From the NCBI GenBank assembly GCA_958296135.2, contig CATQHZ020000001.1, positions 3,168,001-3,232,000 of the forward strand: 64,000 nucleotides of DNA, read 5' to 3'. Numbering within the stretch: position 1 is the first letter of the stretch; every line of letters begins with the position of its first letter. Under the pieces are notes generated by a model. The model ran no database searches, had not been told where the DNA came from, and saw only the letters and a program-made list of their open reading frames with translations. The translations under genes were made by a program, and so were the position numbers. Source of the DNA: an uncultured Poribacteria bacterium. GTDB taxonomy: Bacteria; Poribacteria; WGA-4E; WGA-3G. Below are positions 46,491 to 56,097 of the stretch, one piece after another.

Positions 46491-47354
46491 ATGGACAACA
46501 CGAAAGAACGGAAGGTTGCGAATCGGAAGGAAAAAGCGGCGCAGCGCGGTAAACACTATTACACCGATAATCACACCTTTCAGCGGAAAAATACGCCGTG
46601 CCCCGCGGAATTCACCGATAAAATCATCTGCGGCGATTCGCTCCAGGTGCTGAAAGCACTACCGGATAATTGCATCGATCTCGTCTTTACTTCGCCGCCC
46701 TACAACTTCGGCTTGGATTACAAGCAGACCGGGGATGCCTTTGCGTGGGAAGTCTACTTTGAGGAACTGTTCCGCATCTTTGATGAGTGCATCCGAACGC
46801 TGAAGTTTGGCGGCCGCATCGTCGTGAACGTGCAACCGCTGTTCTCGGATTATATTCCGACGCACCATATCGTTTCGCAGTTCTTTATGGACAGAAAACT
46901 CATCTGGAAAGGCGAAATTTTGTGGGAGAAAAACCACTACAATTGCAAGTATACCGCTTGGGGCAGCTGGAAAAGTCCGTCCAGTCCCTATCTCAAATAT
47001 ACGTGGGAGTTTTTGGAAATATTTTGCAAGGGGAGTCTGAAAAAGGCGGGCAGCCCTGCCGATGCAGACATTGACGCTGAGTCATTTAAAAAATGGGTAT
47101 CGGCGAAATGGACCATCGCGCCGGAGCGGCAGATGCACAAATTCGAGCATCCGGCGATGTTTCCGGAGGAATTAGCGTATCGGGTGCTGAAGTTGTTCAG
47201 TTTCAAAGGCGATGTAATTCTTGATCCCTTCGCTGGCGTGGGGACGACGTGTGTTGCGGCGCGTAAGACAGAGCGGCACTTCTTGGGGATAGACATTTCG
47301 CCGGATTATTGCCGAACCGCCGAGGCGCGATTGCATCAAATCTTACCTATGTAG
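46491..47354 (+). CDS. Beta-class N4/N6 DNA methyltransferase, apparently orphan
   Basis: FTSPPYN, HPAMFPEEL, DPFAGVGTT. Confidence 0.92.
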   Translation: MDNTKERKVANRKEKAAQRGKHYYTDNHTFQRKNTPCPAEFTDKIICGDSLQVLKALPDNCIDLVFTSPPYNFGLDYKQTGDAFAWEVYFEELFRIFDECIRTLKFGGRIVVNVQPLFSDYIPTHHIVSQFFMDRKLIWKGEILWEKNHYNCKYTAWGSWKSPSSPYLKYTWEFLEIFCKGSLKKAGSPADADIDAESFKKWVSAKWTIAPERQMHKFEHPAMFPEELAYRVLKLFSFKGDVILDPFAGVGTTCVAARKTERHFLGIDISPDYCRTAEARLHQILPM

Positions 47355-47639
47355 AGTTCCTTCGTAGGTAAAGATCGCCTGATCTTGCCCCCGTTGAGAG
47401 TGTCTAATCCCAATGAAATCCGACAGATCGGGATTAGGCGAGCCCCACCTACAGGCGGGGGGAGGCGGTGTGGATTTTCACTTTGAGCTCACCTTGCAAC
47501 GACATCTGGACATGCTTTTCAACTTGTTTCAATGAGAAAGGCGCGAGCCCCACGCGAGGCGGGGCTGTTGTGACGCAATAGAGACAAGTGCTATTGAAGG
47601 AGATAGTTCGCCGAACGTTCCTGACGAAGTTTCGGCAGT

Positions 47640-48029
47640 TTATCGACGTTCTTCCTCGTTCTGCTGCGCCATCTGGTTTTCCAGTTCGGTGTTGCGCGCT
47701 TCCAACTCCGCGTTGCGCTGTTCCAGGATACGGACTCTTGCAGCCTGGTTTTCCAGTTCGGTGTTGCGCGCTTCCAACTCCGCGTTGCGATTTCTTAACC
47801 GCTCACGCTCTTCGATTCTGAACAACATTTTTTGAACTCCCCACATAGTTAACGCGACGAGTAAAACGACTGCAACAGAGACAACTTGTGCTGCGCTGCC
47901 ATGTGCCTGCAGTGTTTTCACGACGACGGCATTCGGATAAAAATGTGCGTAGACGAGATAAACAATGAAGGCGAGCAAAGCAATGAGTGCCAGTCTGGGA
48001 CCTCCATTGTTTTCTAGGTGTCGCACCAT
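47640..48029 (-). CDS. Small two-TM protein with repeated coiled-coil tail; start uncertain
   Basis: Two hydrophobic segments then RNAELEARNTELENQ twice. Confidence 0.6.
   Translation of the reverse strand: MVRHLENNGGPRLALIALLAFIVYLVYAHFYPNAVVVKTLQAHGSAAQVVSVAVVLLVALTMWGVQKMLFRIEERERLRNRNAELEARNTELENQAARVRILEQRNAELEARNTELENQMAQQNEEERR
47673..47789. repeat. Two identical 45-bp direct repeats at a 72-bp period
   Basis: 47673-47717 equals 47745-47789. Confidence 0.9.
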
Positions 48030-48359
48030 ACTTCTCAAACTTTCTACTTTTCTGCGGATTTGCCACGAACGGCTCCTTTTTGGATTCGTGGTTGGATACC
48101 GACTCACGAGAGCAGTGACGCACCGCGCAAGGACATGCGCAATGAAACTCTTATCCAACAAGTTAACAAGTATGATACCATATTTGTGGGATTTTGTCAC
48201 GTCCAATTTATTGCTGCATTTCTGTGCTGATGACAAAGCGGACAAAATGAATAATTTTAACTTGATTTTTTCATCGGTATGTGGTAAATTTAACGTGTCG
48301 GAATTAACGCGAGTCGCACGGTATGTTTACGCATGCAAACCCTTTAGGAGATAACTCAC

Positions 48360-48578
48360 ATGAAACTGAAACCTGATAAAAAGCGGCTTGAAGAAATTCA
48401 GGACGTTTATCGCACGTTAGGACTGGATTCTGAAGAGTTCCGGAAGTACCTCGTTTCTCTAGCAGCTCCATCTCTAGAGCCGCCTCGCTCCGTGGTTTAC
48501 ATAGAGTGTGGAGGCACATCTGAACTTCAAGGAGAATTTAAGAATGCCGGACTGGAATCAAATCCTCGACGAGATTAA
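48360..48578 (+). CDS. Small hypothetical protein
   Basis: RBS AGGAG, 72 aa, amphipathic N-terminal helices. Confidence 0.6.
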   Translation: MKLKPDKKRLEEIQDVYRTLGLDSEEFRKYLVSLAAPSLEPPRSVVYIECGGTSELQGEFKNAGLESNPRRD

Positions 48579-48586
48579 CAAAAATC

Positions 48587-50134
48587 ATGCGAATTCCCAG
48601 AAAAAAGCTCATTACTATCACCCTCATCGCGCTCATCGGAGTTGTCATCTTGCTAGCCGTCATCTATCAACACACCGCGCTGTGGAAACCGGAACAAAGC
48701 CTTATCACGCTCCTCCCAGAAGCACCAATCTGTTATCTTACCTTGAAAGACCTGGGTTCCTTCGTCAAGACGTTCACCCGTAGCGAGTTTGGAAAACAGA
48801 CAGCAGCAATGCCGCTCCTCGCCGATATTCAGGCGCAACGCTGGTGGAAAGAGCTCGTCTATCAGAAAGCACTCTGGGAACACGAGATGGGCGGCAAACT
48901 TGATTTGGCAGCCGTCAAGGCTTATTTCGGCGAGGAGACTCTCCTCGCGCTTTACGAACGGGACGATGAGCTCTCGTTCCTGCTCATCAGCGTCGTCGGT
49001 GGCGCAGAGAAATTAAGCCTTGAGGCACTTACCGCTACCGATGCAATTAATCCGCAATATGAACGCATCCAGACGGAGCATAACGGCCTTACAATTAACA
49101 CGATTACCGGTTACCCGCGCGATTTCAGTTATACGTTCATCGGCAAAGTCGGGGTGCTGAGTCTCAGCTATCCGTTGTTAACGGAGACGCTTGACATATA
49201 CGCGGGGAGAAAGGCTGGTTTTCTCGCGCGCCCTCCGATGCAGGCTAACTACGAAAGCGACAAAAGCACGGGATATGTAGATGTGCCGCGACTTGCAACT
49301 ACGCTGAAAGATACGGTGCCGCAGTTGCGCGGTGTTGTTGAACTGATTTCGTCGCTGCTTGGGAATGCTGCATCCTGGTCCTTCGGCAATCGGTATGAAG
49401 ATAGTGTGGTTATTTCGCGGCATTTGATGCGGCATCGCACCCGGGCGGGCGCGCCTACCGAAGAGAATCGCGACCGGGGGGGCGCGCCTACCGGGTTGCC
49501 GGAACGAACGGCGTTTGCCGCTGTTTTGTCTATGCCGCGCCAGATGAAAGAGCTCTTGCCCAACAGCGGGCTGTCTCGGCATCTCACGGTGGGGTTCGTC
49601 GCGCCACAGCCGGAGGAGGTGTCCGTAGTGCCATCGATAGTTTTGCTGATGAAGGGCAGCGAATTGGAAACCGATTTGGAACGCCTCAAGGCGCGAGAGA
49701 TTTCCATTGCCGGCAAACCGCTTGAATTCCTCGCGCCGCAGGATTATCACGGCAGTGTCATCCATCCTTTCCAGTTGCGCTTCAATTTTCTGCTGGCACT
49801 CACCGGCGGGTATGCGGTTGTCAACGATTCGCTTGTCTTCAGCACGACGCTGCCCGGTTTAAAATCGGTAATTGATACCGTATCCGAGAATGCACCGGCG
49901 TTGGATGTCGGTGAGGTGCAGACGTTCATCCAACCATCGCTGCTCGTGCCAGAGATAAAACGATTTTTGCCGTTGGTAACGCTGCTCACTTCAGGACAGC
50001 TTGTGGATGCGGCGTTGATAGAGCAGGTTAAGGAGAATCTGTTTCCGCTTGCATCGCTCGGCCCCGTTTCTGTGAAAATTGAGGCACAGGCGGAAGGAAC
50101 GGAGGCGGAGATTCGGGTGGTTTTGGAGAAGTGA
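48587..50134 (+). CDS. Membrane-anchored hypothetical protein (possibly DUF3352-like)
   Basis: 515-aa ORF with an N-terminal TM and LLP.AP.CY motif. Confidence 0.75.
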   Translation: MRIPRKKLITITLIALIGVVILLAVIYQHTALWKPEQSLITLLPEAPICYLTLKDLGSFVKTFTRSEFGKQTAAMPLLADIQAQRWWKELVYQKALWEHEMGGKLDLAAVKAYFGEETLLALYERDDELSFLLISVVGGAEKLSLEALTATDAINPQYERIQTEHNGLTINTITGYPRDFSYTFIGKVGVLSLSYPLLTETLDIYAGRKAGFLARPPMQANYESDKSTGYVDVPRLATTLKDTVPQLRGVVELISSLLGNAASWSFGNRYEDSVVISRHLMRHRTRAGAPTEENRDRGGAPTGLPERTAFAAVLSMPRQMKELLPNSGLSRHLTVGFVAPQPEEVSVVPSIVLLMKGSELETDLERLKAREISIAGKPLEFLAPQDYHGSVIHPFQLRFNFLLALTGGYAVVNDSLVFSTTLPGLKSVIDTVSENAPALDVGEVQTFIQPSLLVPEIKRFLPLVTLLTSGQLVDAALIEQVKENLFPLASLGPVSVKIEAQAEGTEAEIRVVLEK

Positions 50135-50199
50135 TAACCACGTTGAGGCACAGGGGTTGGAGCGGTGTCGCGACCGGGTTTGCAACACGTTTGACAACT

Positions 50200-50295
50200 G
50201 AGACTGGGAGGGCTCTCCTACAAGGAGGAAAGAATTGAGACCGGGAGGGCTCTCCTACATCAAGAGGGCATCGAGACCGGGAGGGCTCTCCTACG
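50200..50295. repeat. Three tandem REP-like units (gagaccgggagggctctcctac)
   Basis: Direct copies, each ending in CTAC (GTAG on the minus strand). Confidence 0.85.
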
Positions 50296-50417
50296 GGCGG
50301 CGGATGCGCAGCGATGGCTCGCGCAGGCGCAACGGTTGGACCGCGCAAACCTCGCTTATCAACGCTGCATTGCTGTGTTGGAGCAGCTCCGCGCCGTACA
50401 TCGGGCCTTTTTCGTTT

Positions 50418-50671
50418 GGGTCTAGGGTTCGCGGGGGAAACCCTCGGCAGTTAGTGACTGCCGGGCCCCCGCGCTACGGTAGGGTGGCGTGTTTTCGTCG
50501 GGTGTTTTTCGTTTCGGCTGAGAGTTTGCGGGGGAAACCCTCGGCAGTTAGTGACTGCCGGGCCCCCGCGCTACGGTAGGGTGGCGTGTTTTCGTCGGGT
50601 GTTTTCGTTTGGGTCTAGGGTTCGCGGGGGAAACCCTCGGCAGTTAGTGACTGCCGGGCCCCCGCGCTACG
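50418..50671. repeat. Three approx. 96-bp tandem units, each with a long GTAG-initiated hairpin
   Basis: Core gcgggggaaaccctcggcagttagtgactgccgggcccccgcgctacg x3 with near-identical linkers. Confidence 0.88.
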
Positions 50672-50806
50672 TTCAATGGGCGCGATTGGGCCAAGGGTGG
50701 TTTCGTTTGGGTGCTCGGTAATTGTCCAATGCACGAATTGGCTTGGCAAAATCCAAAAAATATGCTATCATGCAAGCAAATTCAGGATTGGGAAGATTGG
50801 ATAAGG

Positions 50807-51865
50807 ATGCTTATGAAAACAGCGATTGGAATCGGTATTATCAGTTTCGCGCATGGGCACGCCAACGCCTATTGCAACCGGCTGCAGACGTTTGACGATG
50901 TCAACCTCGTTGCGTGTTGGGACGATAATGCCGAACGCGGCGAAGCCGCCGCTACGCAATTCGGGCTGAACTATTCGCCGCATCTTGAAGACGTGATTCA
51001 CCATCCGCAGATCGATGCCGTTATCGTGACGTGCGAGACGAATCGGCACGCGGAGATGGTAGAAGCGGCCGCGGCGGCAGGCAAGCATCTCCTCTGCCAA
51101 AAACCGATGGCACTCACGTTGGGGGATTGCGATAGGATTGCAGCGGCGGTGCAGAAATCTGGCGTGCAATTCATGATGGGCTATCAGATGCGGCGCGACC
51201 CGGCGAATATTGAGATGAAGCGGCTCATTGATAGCGGTGTGCTCGGAAAAATCGGAGTGCTACGCCGGCGGCACTGTATCAACGCGCTTTTCAGTGAGGC
51301 GTTCGTCACGGGCCCGAGTCGGTGGCACATTGAACCGGAGAAGAACATGGGTATGTTCATGGACGATGCCTCGCACGCCACCGATTTTATCCACTGGATG
51401 CTCGGTAAACCTACCAGCGTCATCGCCGAGATTGATAACATCTTAACTGACGTAGCACCCGACGATACCGGGTTAGCTGTCTACCGATTTCCGTGCGGCG
51501 CAATGGCGATTCTCCTGAACACTTCTGTCACGCTCGCTGGCGAAAATACCACCGAGATTTACGGCGACGAAGGCGTGGTTATCCAAAACTACGGCGATGG
51601 TCCTTCGTGTAACATGCCGCGTCCGGCGGACGCAGTTGCGCTGAAACTCTACACGCGTGATAAACCGGCATGGAAAGACTTGGGTATCCCGATTCCAAAC
51701 GGCCACGGTGAACGCATTGCGGCGGTGCCGCGTCCGTTTATTGACTGCCTCAAGAACGACACGGAGCCTGATGTGACGGTGGAAGATGGGCGCGTTTCGG
51801 TAGAGATGGTGTTGGGCGCGTATCAGTCAGCGCGCGAAGGAAAACGCGTTACGTTTCCGCTCTAA
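50807..51865 (+). CDS. Gfo/Idh/MocA family oxidoreductase
   Basis: IGIISFAHGH, GKHLLCQKPMA, DDASHATD, AYQSAREG. Confidence 0.9.
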   Translation: MLMKTAIGIGIISFAHGHANAYCNRLQTFDDVNLVACWDDNAERGEAAATQFGLNYSPHLEDVIHHPQIDAVIVTCETNRHAEMVEAAAAAGKHLLCQKPMALTLGDCDRIAAAVQKSGVQFMMGYQMRRDPANIEMKRLIDSGVLGKIGVLRRRHCINALFSEAFVTGPSRWHIEPEKNMGMFMDDASHATDFIHWMLGKPTSVIAEIDNILTDVAPDDTGLAVYRFPCGAMAILLNTSVTLAGENTTEIYGDEGVVIQNYGDGPSCNMPRPADAVALKLYTRDKPAWKDLGIPIPNGHGERIAAVPRPFIDCLKNDTEPDVTVEDGRVSVEMVLGAYQSAREGKRVTFPL

Positions 51866-51890
51866 ACATTGCATTTGAGCGTGACTCTCA

Positions 51891-52625
51891 TCACGGGCTA
51901 TTCCGGCGCATGATGCTGAGAATCTGTCCTGTCATCCCGCTATCAGTCGGTTGTGTTGCCAGGAAAAGTGCGGACGCAACAACCTGCTCGGGCTCCTTCC
52001 ACGGGTCGCTCTGAGCCCGGAACGTAGTCTGGCTTTGCCATGCCGATTTCGATAATTCCGTCTTGACGGGCCCGGGGATAAGCACATTGGCGATGATGCC
52101 GTCTTGCCACATTTCCTCGGCGATGGCTTGCGTTAGCCCGTGCAGAGCCGCCTTGGAGGCACAATAGATGCTGAGGTTGGCGTGTCCAACTTGTCCCATC
52201 CCGGAACCGATGTTGATGATATTCCCGGTTCCCTGTTGCTGCATGATTGGCAACACCGCGCGGCAGCAGTGGACAACGCCCATGACGTTTGTCTGCCATG
52301 TCTGTTCCCACTGCTCATCCGTGGTGTCTAAAAAGGGGCCCCTCGGATTAATGCCGGCGTTGTTCACGAGGATATCTATCTTTCCAAACCGCTCTACCGT
52401 TTTCTGAACGAGGGTTTTGATGTCGGCGCGGACTTGCAAATCGGTTGGCACTGCGAGGACTTCGCCGTCTTGTGCCGTGATTTCATCGGCCACCTCGTTC
52501 AGCTGCGCGTTACTTCGCGCGGCGATGACGACACTCGCGCCGTCGGCGGCGTAAGCAATCGCAATGGCTCTGCCGATGCCGCGTCCTCCTCCTGTGATGA
52601 TGGCGACTTTGTCTTGGAGTTGCAT
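51891..52625 (-). CDS. Short-chain dehydrogenase/reductase
   Basis: TGGGRGIG, LVNNAG, YCASK. Confidence 0.93.
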   Translation of the reverse strand: MQLQDKVAIITGGGRGIGRAIAIAYAADGASVVIAARSNAQLNEVADEITAQDGEVLAVPTDLQVRADIKTLVQKTVERFGKIDILVNNAGINPRGPFLDTTDEQWEQTWQTNVMGVVHCCRAVLPIMQQQGTGNIINIGSGMGQVGHANLSIYCASKAALHGLTQAIAEEMWQDGIIANVLIPGPVKTELSKSAWQSQTTFRAQSDPWKEPEQVVASALFLATQPTDSGMTGQILSIMRRNSP

Positions 52626-52636
52626 GGTTGATTCCT

Positions 52637-53464
52637 TTATGAAGTTATTGCGCGGTGCCATATCTCCATTAACCGCGCCAACTGCCCCCGGCGCGCCGTG
52701 AGTTTCCGTTCTAAGTCTTTAGCGAGCGCGGTGAGCAAATCGGTGCCGCAGTCCCTCGCGTTTGCTACCTGTTGCTTAAGTTGATAGGTTCGTCCCGCTT
52801 TGAGGCGGTTCATCTCTAAGCGCAATTCGCCGGTTGCCCGGTTGAGGTGCCGCAGTTCGGCCTGCAGTCTGGCGTGCTTGTCGGCATTCGTTTCCTCGCG
52901 ATGCACCGCCGTGTCAGTATCGCCGATGCTCAATCGTTCTAGCGTTTGAATATCCTGTTCCTGATAGGCGCGATTGATGAGCGGCATGAGTTGTTCCCGC
53001 CGTTGCTGCTCGGCGGCATCGACAGTCTTGTCAGGGTGATACTGCTTCGCGAGTTTCCGATAGAGCATCTGGAGGTGCTTCGCCTTTTCCGCTGGTAATT
53101 CGTCGTCCGCTTTGGATGCGGGCGGCGATTCTTCCGCCTCCGCTGCTGCCTTGATGCGCGCGCGGTTTTCCTGAAAACAGGAAGTGACGCGCGCCTCTAT
53201 CTCTTTCTCGCTCACCTTTTCTCGATGCAGTTGCAAGCGGAGCCGATACGCCTTCGTCTCAAGTTCGACTTTATCCAACTCAAGGTAATAGCGGCCGACA
53301 TGCGCGTGATACTGATTCTGAAACGAGTCAACATCTGCCTTGAGATGTTCAACCTCCAAGGTGAGTTCGGCTACCTGCCGCCGTTTTGCTTCAATAGCCT
53401 GAAGTAGTTGGGAGGCTTCCTTCTCATCGGCACTGTTGACGTGAACTAAGGTGGCAGGCTTCAT
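52637..53464 (-). CDS. Coiled-coil protein with an internal J-domain
   Basis: LYRKLAKQYHPDK...INRAY flanked by heptad repeats. Confidence 0.85.
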   Translation of the reverse strand: MKPATLVHVNSADEKEASQLLQAIEAKRRQVAELTLEVEHLKADVDSFQNQYHAHVGRYYLELDKVELETKAYRLRLQLHREKVSEKEIEARVTSCFQENRARIKAAAEAEESPPASKADDELPAEKAKHLQMLYRKLAKQYHPDKTVDAAEQQRREQLMPLINRAYQEQDIQTLERLSIGDTDTAVHREETNADKHARLQAELRHLNRATGELRLEMNRLKAGRTYQLKQQVANARDCGTDLLTALAKDLERKLTARRGQLARLMEIWHRAITS

Positions 53465-53667
53465 ATTTTTAAGGGAGCGGTGCGCGCTTATACCAAATGA
53501 ATCAAAGTCGTTCGGGCTCGCCTAATCCCGGTGCTGATCTGGGAATAAATCCGCTCCATTCCCTGTATGACATGCAGGGCAGGATTAGACGAATCCTCCA
53601 CCTACAGGGGCAAGACGAGCCAACCTCATTTGGTATTATGCGCGCTTGGAACGCGCGCCTACGGGCC

Positions 53668-54045
53668 CTACTTTTTCCGATAGGTGATACGTCCCCGTGT
53701 CAGATCGTAGGGGGACAACTCCACGGTTACCTTATCGCCCGGCAGAATTTTGATGAAAAACTTCCGCATTCTGCCAGAGATGTGCGCGAGGATCTGGTGC
53801 TTGTTGTCCAATTCCACGCGGAACATCGCGTTCGGGAGCGGTTCAACGACGACACCTTCCACCTCAATCTTATTGTTCTGAGCAGGGGCGCGTTCCGTTT
53901 CTTGTGATTGCGCGTCCTGTTCAGAACTGGGCTTTGTGTTGGGGTTGTTGCGCCGCTTTTTGGATTGCGGCTTCCGCTTTGAACGGCTCGGATTCACGTA
54001 GCGCGTCTGCGGCTTCCGCTTGTTTCCAGCTGGTCTTCGGTTCAC
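53668..54045 (-). CDS. infA: Translation initiation factor IF-1 with N-terminal extension
   Basis: [20 protein letters not shown]...LAHISGRMR...[24 protein letters not shown] 54045 follows RBS AAGGAG. Confidence 0.92.
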   Translation of the reverse strand: MNRRPAGNKRKPQTRYVNPSRSKRKPQSKKRRNNPNTKPSSEQDAQSQETERAPAQNNKIEVEGVVVEPLPNAMFRVELDNKHQILAHISGRMRKFFIKILPGDKVTVELSPYDLTRGRITYRKK

Positions 54046-54137
54046 AATAAATCTCCTTGTCTTATGGACAGCACCGCCACCCGTAGGCGCGTTTTGCAAC
54101 CGCGCCTACGGGGTTCGTGTTGCGTCTGTCCTATTTT

Positions 54138-54932
54138 TTACGATTCCTCTTCAAGACTGAAGAGGTTTCCGGTTTCGGCAACGAGTTCGTGGAAATAATC
54201 TATCGCGCGCTGAAGTTGCGCGTCGGCATCCGCGCCATCGGTGCTCGTTGAAACCAGATCTACCGGCATCGTGTCTCCGTCCGCTTTTCGGAGGGAGACA
54301 TACGCCTTTAAATAGACGTTCGGGTGGCGTTCCATCACTTTTTGCATTAGTGGGGAGACCGCCGCCTCAAACATAGTCACATAAACCCGCGCAGTGGCAA
54401 CCTCTGCGCTGTATCGTTCGGCAATTAAGGGTGCGACGTGCGCCTCAAAGATTGCCTTCATTTCACGCGGTGGGCCGGGCATCAGCACGAAGGTAGACTG
54501 CTGTTGAGCAACCCGGATGCACGGTGCCCATCCCGCTGGATTCTGAAAGACATCCGCCGTTTCTGGCATCGTTGCCATCTTCAGCAATGCTTCGTTGAGT
54601 GCTTCGTTTTCCTGCATGTTTCGGCGTTCCCGAAAATGCGCGACGGTTTCTTCGCTCACCACAACTTCTTTGCCGATGAGCGCGGTGACAACCGCCACCG
54701 TCATATCGTCCGGAGTCGGGCCAAGTCCCCCGGTCATCAGTATGAGCGAGGTTTCTCTATCGACAGCGGAACGCAACGCTTCGTGCATCTCCGCGAAATC
54801 GTCTCGAAGCATGGTAACCCGCCGTAACTCGCCGCCGAGTTGCAGAATCTGCTGCGCGAGCCAATGCGCGTTCGTATCCTGAATCTGTCCAATGACTAAT
54901 TCTGTGCCTATCGAAAAGAGTTCAATTGCCAC
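54138..54932 (-). CDS. CinA-like molybdopterin-binding domain protein lacking the C-terminal deamidase domain
   Basis: SIGTELVIGQIQDTNAHWLA, TGGLGPTPDD, NPAGWAP, MPGPPREM. Confidence 0.88.
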   Translation of the reverse strand: MAIELFSIGTELVIGQIQDTNAHWLAQQILQLGGELRRVTMLRDDFAEMHEALRSAVDRETSLILMTGGLGPTPDDMTVAVVTALIGKEVVVSEETVAHFRERRNMQENEALNEALLKMATMPETADVFQNPAGWAPCIRVAQQQSTFVLMPGPPREMKAIFEAHVAPLIAERYSAEVATARVYVTMFEAAVSPLMQKVMERHPNVYLKAYVSLRKADGDTMPVDLVSTSTDGADADAQLQRAIDYFHELVAETGNLFSLEEES

Positions 54933-55058
54933 ATTATGCTCCTCTAGGACTTACACCCAATGGTGTTAATTCGTCTTGTGAAGTTGCTTGGCGTTGGTAT
55001 TGGTATAACCGCCTGCTTCTGGGTTGCGCGCGTGGCACGCGCGCCTACCGGGGACGAC

Positions 55059-56093
55059 TTATAACACCCCGCGAAGGAACTGAAACGCGCCGATTCCGTG
55101 GAAGCTGTGCCCTGCCTCAAACGCCTCAAACCCTAATTTGTCGGCGGCTCCGAAGATCCTGAAGCACTCCTTTGCGCGATTCACGGCGAGACGGGTGGCT
55201 TCAATCGGGAAAATGGTATCTTCAGTGCCGGCTTCAACAAACATCGCCCGCGGCGCGATTAGCCCGGCAATATCAAACATCTCTGCGTATTTTAGCACAG
55301 ATGGGATATAATTGTCTATACAATGGCTCAGACTGAAGATACTATCCCGGAACGTGTTGAAATATCCGCTCACGACAGCCGCTTTGAAGCGCGTGTCTAG
55401 GGCAGAAGCGAAGAAGGTGGTTGTCCCCCCGCCGGAGATGCCCATGATACCGACGCGATTGCTGTCTATCTCCGGTAGCGTTTCCAAGTAGTCAAGTGCG
55501 CGTATAGCATCGTAGACGCGCCACCCTACCATGGTTTGTCCGAGGAGGAAGGCTGCGCCTGCACTAGGTTGGCACGATGAGTTTCCTGCACCTCTCTGCC
55601 GCGCGGCCCTATCGCGCCGATGGCCAAATCCGAATTGCTCAATTGCAAGGACAGCGTATCCGTGTGCAACGCATTGAAGTGCGAAATCGTTCTGATAGCC
55701 GCCGTATTCTGTCCGCATGCGGCCATTTTCTTCTATGCCGACGATGTCATCTACGCCGCGGCCGTGCCCTGCGAGACAGAGTATTGCGGGGCCCGGCGGC
55801 GCGAAGTCTTTCGGCAACAGCAAATAACCGAAGACTGTCATGTTTGGGCGGCTCTGAAACTGAACCGTTTCACGGTTATAACTCGCGAATTCGCGCGATT
55901 CCAACACTTGTGGTTGGAGGTTGCAGGGCTGCGGCGGGAAGCCGCCCACTAGTTCGGTGAGTTTGCGCCGCAGCGCGTTCTGCCATCTCTCCGCTTCTTC
56001 CCGCGTCGTCGCTTGAAACGCGAATTGGCGCGGTGTCTCCTCGTAGAGCACGTGAGAAAATGCTAACGTGTCCAGATGTTGTTCGTGAGCCAT
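55059..56093 (-). CDS. Alpha/beta hydrolase (acetyl xylan esterase/dienelactone hydrolase-like)
   Basis: GISGGG nucleophile elbow, IAPRAM, DTIFP, GHSF. Confidence 0.88.
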   Translation of the reverse strand: MAHEQHLDTLAFSHVLYEETPRQFAFQATTREEAERWQNALRRKLTELVGGFPPQPCNLQPQVLESREFASYNRETVQFQSRPNMTVFGYLLLPKDFAPPGPAILCLAGHGRGVDDIVGIEENGRMRTEYGGYQNDFALQCVAHGYAVLAIEQFGFGHRRDRAARQRGAGNSSCQPSAGAAFLLGQTMVGWRVYDAIRALDYLETLPEIDSNRVGIMGISGGGTTTFFASALDTRFKAAVVSGYFNTFRDSIFSLSHCIDNYIPSVLKYAEMFDIAGLIAPRAMFVEAGTEDTIFPIEATRLAVNRAKECFRIFGAADKLGFEAFEAGHSFHGIGAFQFLRGVL

Positions 56094-56097
56094 TGCC

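Noticed and set aside
50418-50671. Regularly spaced palindromic repeats resembling a CRISPR array
   Set aside because: The linkers are near-identical rather than unique spacers, the units are GTAG REP-like, and no cas genes are in the window.
54138-54932. CinA lacking its C-terminal domain as a pseudogene
   Set aside because: Stand-alone forms of this length are known, and the ORF is intact.
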